From IMG/VR virus record IMGVR_UViG_3300020714_000006: 64,000 nt of DNA; one strand, 5' to 3'. How positions within the stretch are numbered: the stretch's first letter is position 1; each line of letters begins with the position of its first letter. Below the pieces are notes generated by a model that worked only from the letters and a program-made list of their open reading frames with translations, ran no database searches and was not told the origin of the DNA. This stretch comes from a virus (lineage: Duplodnaviria > Heunggongvirae > Uroviricota > Caudoviricetes). A program made the translations under genes and the position numbers. Below are positions 1-7,186 of this stretch, piece after piece.

Positions 1-298
1 GCGACTAGCGTGTTTTCCTAATGCCACCGTTGGAACATAGAAACAAAAGACGCACTTCGAGGTACTGGCCAACCGCCTCTGTAATTAGTGTAACGCTAGG
101 TAATGAAGTCAACTCAGATGAAATTATGTATTTTGCTCCCATTTTGGGGGCAAAAATCCGTAAATCGTAATCTAGATGAATAGTATTAAAAGATAATAAT
201 TATAATATTATTGATAGATAATAGTGGTGAACGTAAGTGAACCACTGGAGAACTTTAGTTCTACTTATTATAATAAATACATTATTAAGAGTAATATT

Positions 299-595
299 AT
301 GAAAATAAATCAAATTATAGAAAATAAATTTAGAGAAAAACCTATTAATATTCATATTGGTGGGTATAATGGTAGACATATACCTGATGAATTAAAGAAA
401 TTCTTTAAAACTCATGTAAAGAAATCTAAAAATGGATCGTTATATGTAAGTGAACATTCTGATTCTTGGTATTTTTATACTTTTGGTGATAATAGTCCTG
501 CACCTGGATTAGTAGGTGGTATTCATGACTTTAAATCTTTTATGAATATTATTAAACCTTATTTTTCTGTACAAAAGATAATTTCTATGAAATAA
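299..595 (+). CDS. hypothetical phage protein (start moved to MKINQIIE)
   Basis: ORF 224..595; ATG at 299 follows a TAAATA late-type motif; MKINQIIE N-terminus resembles other late ORFs in this window. Confidence 0.55.
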   Translation: MKINQIIENKFREKPINIHIGGYNGRHIPDELKKFFKTHVKKSKNGSLYVSEHSDSWYFYTFGDNSPAPGLVGGIHDFKSFMNIIKPYFSVQKIISMK

Positions 596-596
596 T

Positions 597-1046
597 ATGA
601 AAAAAGTAATATTGGTATGTGGTTTACCCGGCACAGGAAAAACTACACTAGCAGAACAAATAACAAACAAACTTACAAATATAGGATATACAGTAAATTG
701 GTATAATGCTGACTTTCTTAGACAAAAATTAGATGATTGGGATTTTTCATATGAAGGAAGATTACGACAAGCTAAACGAATGAAAGAATGTGCTGATAAA
801 CATCTTACTGGATATATTATAATAGATATGGTGGCACCGTTGCCAGAATTTAGAGATGAAATAAACCCAAATATAATAATATGGGTTGATACCATTAACA
901 GTGGTAGATTTGACAATACTAATAAGATGTTTATACCACCTGAGAATTATCATTTTAGAGTTACCGAACAAGATTCTGATATGTGGAGTACAAAAATAGT
1001 AAATGATTTAACTACTAGTTATATAGATTTAATAACAACACTATAA
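597..1046 (+). CDS. P-loop kinase (adenylylsulfate kinase / AAA_33-like)
   Basis: Walker A GLPGTGKTT, NADFLR motif, C-terminal F.PP as in APS-kinase-like phage proteins. Confidence 0.7.
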   Translation: MKKVILVCGLPGTGKTTLAEQITNKLTNIGYTVNWYNADFLRQKLDDWDFSYEGRLRQAKRMKECADKHLTGYIIIDMVAPLPEFRDEINPNIIIWVDTINSGRFDNTNKMFIPPENYHFRVTEQDSDMWSTKIVNDLTTSYIDLITTL

Positions 1047-1050
1047 TATA

Positions 1051-1079
1051 TTGACATATATCAAAAATTAATATATAAT
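1051..1079 (+). promoter_or_regulatory. sigma70-type promoter for dam
   Basis: TTGACA-17 nt-TATAAT. Confidence 0.75.
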
Positions 1080-1110
1080 ATTAATAATAGAAACATATTA
1101 AGGATACTAT

Positions 1111-1920
1111 ATGCAAAAACCATTTTTAAAATGGGCTGGTGGAAAAACTCGTTTATGTGAAAAAATTAATACGGTACTACCATCTGGAAATAGATTAGTA
1201 GAACCTTTTGTTGGATCTGGTGCAGTATTTATGAATACTGAATTTGATGATTATCTGTTAGCAGATACCAACAATGATATTATAAATCTATATAAACATC
1301 TACAAACAGAAGGTCAACAATTTATAGATTATTGTAAAACTTTCTTTATATCATCTAATAATACACAAGATGAATATTTAAAAAATAGAGTGGTGTTTAA
1401 TACCACATTGGATATACGTTTAAAATCTGCATTGTTTCTTTATCTTAATAGACATTGTTTTAATGGATTATGCAGATACAATAAAAAAGGTGGATTTAAT
1501 GTTCCATTTGGTAAATATGATAAACCATATTTTCCAGAAAATGAAATGAAGGCATTTTATGAAAAATCTAAAACAGCAACATTTATTAATGCAGATTTTA
1601 GAGTTACCATGAAAAATCCTGTTTATGGTGATGTTTACTATTGTGACCCACCATATGTGCCACTTACTGATACTGCATACTTTACATCGTATACGGTTGG
1701 TGGGTTTAACATACAAGACCAAGAAGAGTTACGAGATTTGGCAATATCACTACGCGAACAAGATGTTCCCGTATTAATATCAAATCATAGTACTGATTGG
1801 ACTTTAGAGAATTACTCCGAAGCTATGATCTTTGAATTTGATGTTCAAAGATCTATTTCATCTAAGGGTAATAACCGAATAAAAGCCAAAGAACTATTGG
1901 CTTTGTATAAAAAACTATAA
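1111..1920 (+). CDS. dam: DNA adenine methyltransferase (Dam family)
   Basis: KWAGGK, EPFVGSGAV, DPPY motifs. Confidence 0.95.
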   Translation: MQKPFLKWAGGKTRLCEKINTVLPSGNRLVEPFVGSGAVFMNTEFDDYLLADTNNDIINLYKHLQTEGQQFIDYCKTFFISSNNTQDEYLKNRVVFNTTLDIRLKSALFLYLNRHCFNGLCRYNKKGGFNVPFGKYDKPYFPENEMKAFYEKSKTATFINADFRVTMKNPVYGDVYYCDPPYVPLTDTAYFTSYTVGGFNIQDQEELRDLAISLREQDVPVLISNHSTDWTLENYSEAMIFEFDVQRSISSKGNNRIKAKELLALYKKL

Positions 1921-2026
1921 TTATTTAAGAAATAGTGTAAAATACACCTATTATAGCTATCTTTTTTGCGTATTTACTAAATAAAAATACTATCTAAAAG
2001 ATAGCTAAACTTTTTTAAAATAGTGC

Positions 2027-2055
2027 TTGACACAAAGTATAAATAAGAGTATAAT
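2027..2055 (+). promoter_or_regulatory. sigma70 promoter of the tRNA-array leader
   Basis: TTGACA(2027-2032)-17 nt-TATAAT(2050-2055); TATAAATA late-type motif embedded in the spacer. Confidence 0.8.
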
Positions 2056-2103
2056 ACATATCAACAGTTGGGGTCAACTGTTTATAAAAGGAATTTTGAT
2101 ACA

Positions 2104-2232
2104 ATGAAAACACAATTACATCAACAGCTAAAACCTTATACAACTATGGGCATTTGTTCGCCTGTATGGTTTGGTTTATCTATTGATCTTAATAGTGCAC
2201 CGGAGTATCGTAAGGGTTCTTTGAAGACATAA
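2104..2232 (+). CDS. putative leader peptide, 42 aa, contains all 20 amino acids
   Basis: AAGGA upstream; MKTQLHQQLKPYTTMGICSPVWFGLSIDLNSAPEYRKGSLKT*; last codons overlap the antiterminator strand. Confidence 0.65.
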   Translation: MKTQLHQQLKPYTTMGICSPVWFGLSIDLNSAPEYRKGSLKT

Positions 2233-2300
2233 TTTATAAAGTTTAAGTTAGTTGTTCAAAGAACCCTGAAAGTGAAAACTCTCAGGGTTTTCTGGTTTTT
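2213..2300 (+). terminator. mutually exclusive antiterminator/terminator (attenuator)
   Basis: AGGGTTCTTTGAA(2213-2225) pairs perfectly with TTCAAAGAACCCT(2255-2267); alternatively GAACCCTGA-a-AGT-GAAA-ACT-c-TCAGGGTTT hairpin followed by a T-rich run. Confidence 0.7.
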
Positions 2301-2449
2301 AGACTCCTTAAAAAAGTAGTTGACAAACACACAAACAGTGATATAAAATGGTACACCTGATGAACCCAAAACACACTATAAACGTTTAAAAAACAGGGGG
2401 TTCTGGAGATAATATCAATAGACATACTATCGATGGGATAGTAATATTA

Positions 2450-2540
2450 AACCATATATTATGAAAGGATGAATTAACATCCCCTGTTATTGTAGTCGAG
2501 ATATGCAATAATGTGGCTAGTGTCATAGTAATGTGTGGTT
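2450..2540 (+). ncRNA. structured spacer RNA with long terminal stem
   Basis: AACCATATATT/AATGTGTGGTT closing stem with internal hairpins GGATG/CATCC and TTATTGTA/TGCAATAA. Confidence 0.4.
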
Positions 2541-2543
2541 CAA

Positions 2544-2646
2544 TATTAAAACATACTTAAGGCTAATAATATGCCTTGTTGGGAGAACAGCTCAATGCAT
2601 AGCACTCTGAGTGGACGGTTCAAGTCCGTTATAGTATGTTTTAATA
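2544..2646 (+). ncRNA. long-stem RNA containing a tRNA-like T-arm
   Basis: 14-bp TATTAAAACATACT/AGTATGTTTTAATA stem; internal GACGG-TTCAAGT-CCGTT T-arm mimic. Confidence 0.5.
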
Positions 2647-2647
2647 T

Positions 2648-2696
2648 ACATTCTTCACTGACTACGAATCAGTTAAAATGCATAGCAGGAGAGTGT
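2648..2696 (+). ncRNA. small RNA displaying an Arg(ACG) anticodon stem-loop
   Basis: ACATTCTTC/GGAGAGTGT closing stem; ACTGA-CTACGAA-TCAGT 5-bp stem with 7-nt loop. Confidence 0.5.
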
Positions 2697-2706
2697 TATA
2701 AAAATT

Positions 2707-2800
2707 GGGTTCCTTTCCCGCCAGATGACTGTAAATCATCCGTCTAAAAAACGGTGGGGTAGTATTAGGACAGGGTGTGCAAGTCGCCAGGAACCCACCA
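2707..2800 (+). tRNA. atypical tRNA-Tyr(GTA)-like RNA lacking a canonical D-arm
   Basis: GGGTTCC/GGAACCC acceptor + ACCA; GATGA-CTGTAAA-TCATC anticodon arm; deviant T-arm. Confidence 0.6.
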
Positions 2801-2805
2801 AATTT

Positions 2806-2858
2806 TAGGATGCCTACAGCAATCACTTTCTTCTCATAAAAGGCAAAAGTGCATCCTG
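2806..2858 (+). ncRNA. CAGCAA-stem small RNA copy 1 (Met CAT anticodon-loop cargo)
   Basis: TAGGATGC-cta-CAGCAA...GCATCCTG; TCTT-CTCATAA-AAGG inside. Confidence 0.7.
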
Positions 2859-2867
2859 TAAATTATT

Positions 2868-2942
2868 GCTTCGTTCAGATATTGGTTATTCTGCTCGGCT
2901 GTCTACTGAGATAAAGGGGTTCGATTCCCCTACGAGGCGCCA
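2868..2942 (+). tRNA. tRNA-Asp(GTC)
   Basis: cloverleaf, CTCGG-CTGTCTA-CTGAG, GGTTCGATTCC, CCA. Confidence 0.85.
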
Positions 2943-3011
2943 AATTAATACTTGACAATAATTTTATTGTAAGTATAATAGAACTTGAACTTAATAGTTC
3001 AATACGGCAAA

Positions 3012-3205
3012 GTAAAGTGTCGTGGGATGGTAAAAGCTGGATACATGTCTATGACTGTAAGTCAATTATGTACAATTAATGCCCAATAAAATATCAGGTA
3101 CACCTGAGGCGGTGATTGTAATAAGATTGACGAAGGTAAGCTTACATACTGGAATTGATCACCAGGAACGTTTGCAATAGAATGTTGGAACGCCAGCAAC
3201 TTTAC
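3012..3205 (+). ncRNA. unidentified ~195-nt structured RNA
   Basis: upstream TTGACA/TATAAT promoter (2952-2979); GTAAAGT/ACTTTAC closing stem; several internal stems; no ORF in the track. Confidence 0.45.
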
Positions 3206-3280
3206 ACAATTTTTTAAATTATGAAGTAATTTGTTGATACCTAAGCGGCGTGAATGCGAATTACTTCATTCTTAAGTTTT

Positions 3281-3355
3281 GTCCCTATCGTCTAGCGGTT
3301 AGGATATTGGATTTTCACTCCAATAACACGGGTTCAAATCCCGTTAGGGACTCCA
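3281..3355 (+). tRNA. tRNA-Glu(TTC)
   Basis: GTCCCTA/TAGGGAC acceptor, TTGGA-TTTTCAC-TCCAA, GGTTCAAATCC, CCA. Confidence 0.9.
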
Positions 3356-3371
3356 ATTTAATGCCTATTTT

Positions 3372-3445
3372 CGGGAATTAACTCAGTCTGATAGAGTGCA
3401 CCGTTTGGGGCGGTGAAGCCACTGGTTTGAATCCAGTATTCCCGA
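3372..3445 (+). tRNA. tRNA-Pro(TGG)-like, no CCA, embedded in an extended stem
   Basis: CACCG-TTTGGGG-CGGTG; D-loop lacks GG, T-loop TTTGAAT; flanks 3360-3371 and 3445-3456 are complementary. Confidence 0.65.
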
Positions 3446-3538
3446 AAATAGGCATTATGATAGCATAATAGTAGCACCAATTTTAATTTAGGAAACAATT
3501 ATGAAACGAAAACAAAATAAAGAAACTGACAAACTATT

Positions 3539-3615
3539 GGAACCGTAGCTCAATTGGATAGAGCAATCGCCTTTTAAGCGATAGGTTATGGGATCATGCC
3601 CCATCGGTTCCACCA
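3539..3615 (+). tRNA. tRNA-Lys(TTT)
   Basis: GGAACCG/CGGTTCC, ATCGC-CTTTTAA-GCGAT, atypical T-loop ATCATGC, CCA. Confidence 0.85.
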
Positions 3616-3682
3616 TATATTAAAACACATTGAAAATATAACATGATTTGCTGAAATTCCAAGCCAGTGTGTTTTAATATAT

Positions 3683-4449
3683 GGTAATATAGCATAATGG
3701 TAGTGCTTTTTTCAAAAAAACATAAATACTAGAAGGAGATGCACTACCAAATGTTAATATGTAAATTTTGTAATAAAGAATGTAAGAACAATAATTCATT
3801 GATTAACCATGAAAGATTGTGTAAGAAAAACCCTGACAGACAAAAAAGTCCGTTTGAGAGTAAAGAGTTTCAAAGTAAAAGAAAAAAATCAAATCAGTAT
3901 ATCAAAGGTACAGCCCAACCTCGTAGCAAAGAATCTTTAACTAAACAAAAAGTTAAATCAGATTTATATTGGACTGCTGAAAAACGAGCAGAGTGGTCTT
4001 TGCATATGAAGATTCAAGCACAGAAGAATATAGAAAATCATCCTGAATCTTATTCATATAAGAATTTTTGCGGTAGAGCTAAAAAATCTCTATACAAAGA
4101 CGAGTGGATGCATAGTAGTTGGGAACTCATCGTTGCGATATGGTTAGATAAACAACATATCAAGTGGACAAAACGGGTAAGATATTTTGATTATGAATGG
4201 AACGGAGGAGTACACAAGTATTTCCCGGACTTTTACTTAGAAGAGTTAGATATTTATATTGAGGTCAAAGGATATGAAACTGAAAGAGATACGCAAAAAT
4301 GGAAAAGTGTTGATAACTTAATTATTTTAAAAGATAAAGAAATTAAAGCAATAAAAGAAGATAGATTTACATTTAGTCAGATACTTTAAGAGTAAGAGGA
4401 ATCTTTCATACGGCGTAAAGTGAAAGTTCAACTCTTTCTATTACCTCCA
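3683..4449 (+). pseudogene. tRNA(CAT) gene interrupted by an endonuclease ORF (5' part 3683-3706, 3' part 4405-4449)
   Basis: GGTAATA + D-arm before the ORF; TTCATAC loop, GAAAG-TTCAACT-CTTTC T-arm and TATTACC-T-CCA after it; acceptor strands are complementary. Confidence 0.7.
3739..4389 (+). CDS. free-standing PD-(D/E)XK (TnsA-like) putative homing endonuclease with N-terminal Zn finger
   Basis: CKFC...HERLC; SSWE...YFPDFY...YIEVKG. Confidence 0.75.
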   Translation: MHYQMLICKFCNKECKNNNSLINHERLCKKNPDRQKSPFESKEFQSKRKKSNQYIKGTAQPRSKESLTKQKVKSDLYWTAEKRAEWSLHMKIQAQKNIENHPESYSYKNFCGRAKKSLYKDEWMHSSWELIVAIWLDKQHIKWTKRVRYFDYEWNGGVHKYFPDFYLEELDIYIEVKGYETERDTQKWKSVDNLIILKDKEIKAIKEDRFTFSQIL

Positions 4450-4456
4450 AACTTAC

Positions 4457-4530
4457 ACCCGATTAGTTCAAAGGTAGAACATAGTCCTGATAAGACTAAA
4501 ACGGTGGATCGATACCACCATCGGGTACCA
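4457..4530 (+). tRNA. tRNA-Ile(GAT)
   Basis: ACCCGAT/ATCGGGT, TAGTC-CTGATAA-GACTA, CCA. Confidence 0.85.
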
Positions 4531-4538
4531 ATTTTAAT

Positions 4539-4616
4539 GCCTCCTTATCCCAACTTGGTAGAGGAAGTGGACTTAGAATCCGTTTAGTCTCAGTTCGAAT
4601 CTGAGAGGAGGTACCA
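4539..4616 (+). tRNA. tRNA-Leu(TAG), short variable loop
   Basis: GCCTCCT/AGGAGGT, GTGGA-CTTAGAA-TCCGT, TTCGAAT, CCA. Confidence 0.85.
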
Positions 4617-4634
4617 ATTTATAGGAGAATTATA

Positions 4635-4820
4635 ATGAAAGATAAATTAACGGATTTAGAACCCATCGAATTTTGGATGGAAAAATATAATAAATTACTT
4701 GCTCCTGCAAGAATGAATAAAGTCAGATTAGACTTTAATGAAACAAAAAAAACGTTGGCAAAGCTATCATCAGCTATTGACAACTATTTACGATTTGATA
4801 ATTTGGAAAAAATGAAATGA
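4635..4820 (+). CDS. hypothetical protein
   Basis: ORF with AGGAG RBS, coupled to next gene. Confidence 0.55.
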   Translation: MKDKLTDLEPIEFWMEKYNKLLAPARMNKVRLDFNETKKTLAKLSSAIDNYLRFDNLEKMK

Positions 4821-5188
4821 GGGCATACTTTTTAACGAATATGTACTTGAGTTCAATACAAAATGGTATACAAGCATTACATTGTTTACAAGAAATAAAC
4901 AATAATTACACTAATAACCATATGCTTCACGATTGGGCAGTAAACCATAAAACTACATTTGTTTTGAACGGTGGTACTAGTCAACAAATGACTAATATAC
5001 TAAAATTGTTTGATCATGGCAGTAATCCATATCCTTGGTCGTATTTTAGAGAGGAATCATTAGAAGATACACTAACATGTGTTGGTATAATTGTTCCAGT
5101 ATCTATATATGGAACTAGAAGAAGCGATTATGGTAGTTTTGACCATGAATTGTCTGAATTATTGACTTCAAAAAGATTTGCAAAGTGA
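4817..5188 (+). CDS. peptidyl-tRNA hydrolase 2-like phage protein
   Basis: GIQALH...W...KTTFVLNGG...FREESL..TLTCVGI pattern recalls the PTH2 fold. Confidence 0.5.
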   Translation: MRAYFLTNMYLSSIQNGIQALHCLQEINNNYTNNHMLHDWAVNHKTTFVLNGGTSQQMTNILKLFDHGSNPYPWSYFREESLEDTLTCVGIIVPVSIYGTRRSDYGSFDHELSELLTSKRFAK

Positions 5189-5224
5189 TTTGACATATAG
5201 TAAAAAATACTATATAATACTGAT

Positions 5225-5935
5225 ATGAAATTTAAAGTAATCAATTTATTAAGAACACCTGAACGACTGACATTGTTTAAAAAGAATAATCCATCGTTTA
5301 AATTTGAAAGATTTAATGCAATAGATGGTCAACAAGTATCTCGTGATGTATTAGTGCAAAATACTTTGGCTACACTGCCAGTATCAGAAAGATATACAGA
5401 TGGTGCAGTTGGTGTTGCACTTTCACATCTAGAATTATGGAAAGACTGTGTTAAATTAAACATTCCAATGACAATTTTGGAAGATGATGCTTATCTAGTA
5501 CCAAATTTCAATGAATTAGTGGTAGAATACAGTAATAAACTTGAAAATTGGGATTTTATATTCTGGGGAATGAATTTAGATCAAAAAATTATACTAGAAT
5601 TAAGTCCTGGTATAGCGTTAGCTGAAATAAATTATCAACATGAATATGTATTGCATAATATAGAAAACATTACTAAACAAACTGATATTATACCGCAATT
5701 CTTTAGATGTTATTGGGGAGTTGGGTTAGTTTGTTATAGTATTACACCTAGAATAGCAAAGTATTTAATAGAAAATATTTTTCCATTACATGACTACGAT
5801 ACCAATCGTGGACCAAATGGTGGTATTGATAATTCTATTATTGAAGAATTACCAAATATGATTGCATATGCTTGTATGCCACCTATAGCGCTAACAAAAA
5901 ATGATAGATATAATTCAACAGTTCAAGAAAACTAG
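5225..5935 (+). CDS. glycosyltransferase family 25
   Basis: VINL.R..ER, F.AIDG, SHLELW, ILEDD motifs. Confidence 0.85.
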   Translation: MKFKVINLLRTPERLTLFKKNNPSFKFERFNAIDGQQVSRDVLVQNTLATLPVSERYTDGAVGVALSHLELWKDCVKLNIPMTILEDDAYLVPNFNELVVEYSNKLENWDFIFWGMNLDQKIILELSPGIALAEINYQHEYVLHNIENITKQTDIIPQFFRCYWGVGLVCYSITPRIAKYLIENIFPLHDYDTNRGPNGGIDNSIIEELPNMIAYACMPPIALTKNDRYNSTVQEN

Positions 5936-5975
5936 TTGACAAAAGCAGTAAACATTGATATAATATAACAACAAT

Positions 5976-6050
5976 TGGGGTATGGTGTAATGAATAGCAC
6001 AACAGATTTTGATTCTGTCGGTCTAAGTTTGATTCTTAGTACCCCTACCA
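5976..6050 (+). tRNA. tRNA-Gln(TTG)
   Basis: TGGGGTA start, ACAGA-TTTTGAT-TCTGT, CCA; upstream sigma70 promoter. Confidence 0.8.
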
Positions 6051-6070
6051 ATTCTATAATAGAGATAAAA

Positions 6071-6409
6071 ATGACAGATATATTAACTACAGTAGTAAAT
6101 TCAGTTGGAAACTATCGTAATCATAAAACTGAAACATTAAAAGATACACCAGTATATTTAAAATCATATGTTGAACAATATTTTGAAAAAGCTGATAAAC
6201 ACTTTGAGAGATTAATGGATATATGTATTAATGTACCAGAATGTTTTACTATTGCAAGTATTGATATAACTAATGTGGTATTAAAAAATAATGAAGTTAG
6301 CTACTCATTACAATTAACACCAGAACTAACTGATATACAAATTTCAGAATCTGAATTTGTTATTCAATTATTCAAACGCATTCGTTTAGCTAAAACTAAA
6401 CAAATATAA
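6071..6409 (+). CDS. hypothetical protein (start corrected past tRNA-Gln)
   Basis: in-frame ATG at 6071 after GAGA. Confidence 0.55.
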   Translation: MTDILTTVVNSVGNYRNHKTETLKDTPVYLKSYVEQYFEKADKHFERLMDICINVPECFTIASIDITNVVLKNNEVSYSLQLTPELTDIQISESEFVIQLFKRIRLAKTKQI

Positions 6410-6432
6410 AAATTAACTTAAGGAAATAATAA

Positions 6433-6702
6433 ATGAAATTAACAGGTATTTTATTAGTAGCATTAGTTGCTATTACAGGATGTGCAACTAACTCTGATAT
6501 AACTAAATTACAAAGTCAGATTGATACAATTAAATCAGATGCTGCAACAGTTTCTGCTGATGCAAGTGCCGCTAAAGTATCAGCTGATAAAGCTTTTACG
6601 TCTGCTAGTAATGCATTAGCAGCTGCACAAAAAGCTGAAGCTGCAATTACTATTACTGGTAATAAACTAGACAGATTGTTTACACAATTACAGTATAAAT
6701 AA
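6433..6702 (+). CDS. Lpp/OprI-family alanine-zipper outer-membrane lipoprotein
   Basis: lipobox ITGC, Ala-rich coiled coil, C-terminal YK. Confidence 0.75.
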   Translation: MKLTGILLVALVAITGCATNSDITKLQSQIDTIKSDAATVSADASAAKVSADKAFTSASNALAAAQKAEAAITITGNKLDRLFTQLQYK

Positions 6703-6820
6703 ACAAATTTGTTCCTTTGGTATACTAGGGAATACAATTATTGTATTCCCAGCCTTATAGAGATACCTTAACAATAGATTACATAGTAATACATATACTA
6801 TTGAGGAACAAAATAATTAT

Positions 6821-6908
6821 GGAAGTGTAGTCAAGTGGTTTACGACAACTGATTTGAAATCAGTCGATCCGAGAGGGTCCGTGGGTTCGAATCCTACCAC
6901 TTCCGCCA
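6821..6908 (+). tRNA. tRNA-Ser(TGA)
   Basis: GGAAGTG/CACTTCC, ACTGA-TTTGAAA-TCAGT, long variable arm, GCCA. Confidence 0.9.
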
Positions 6909-7093
6909 ATATTAAAGACTAAATAATAATATACACATCATTTAAGGGGTATATTATGAAAGAACTTGGCTTAATAATATTAGCAATATTAGTTTTTATG
7001 TACGTGAACATGGAGATTTCATCAATGAATCCGTGTTCTAATTTTTCTCACAATCCTAGTGAATGTAATTCTGATAGGATGTGAACAATTTAA

Positions 7094-7167
7094 AGCCAGG
7101 TGATGAAATGGTATCATGACGTGCTCCAAACGCGTTTTTGGGGGTTCAAATCCCTCCCTCGCTGCCA
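7094..7167 (+). tRNA. tRNA-Trp(CCA)
   Basis: ACGTG-CTCCAAA-CGCGT, GGTTCAAATCC, GCCA; one acceptor mismatch. Confidence 0.8.
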
Positions 7168-7186
7168 AATTTTGATAAGTAATAGT

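Noticed and set aside
3193-3198. CAGCAA at 3194 and within coding regions as further family members
   Set aside because: Lack the 5' stem, 3-nt spacer and complementary 3' strand arrangement
3707-4404. Group I intron in the tRNA(CAT) gene
   Set aside because: Almost the whole insert is ORF; no recognisable P7 core or splice-site pairing, and part of the anticodon stem is missing
5975-7186. ORF-track N-terminal extensions of 5975..6409 and 7100..7636
   Set aside because: They overlap tRNA-Gln and tRNA-Trp; downstream ATGs at 6071 and 7187 are more plausible
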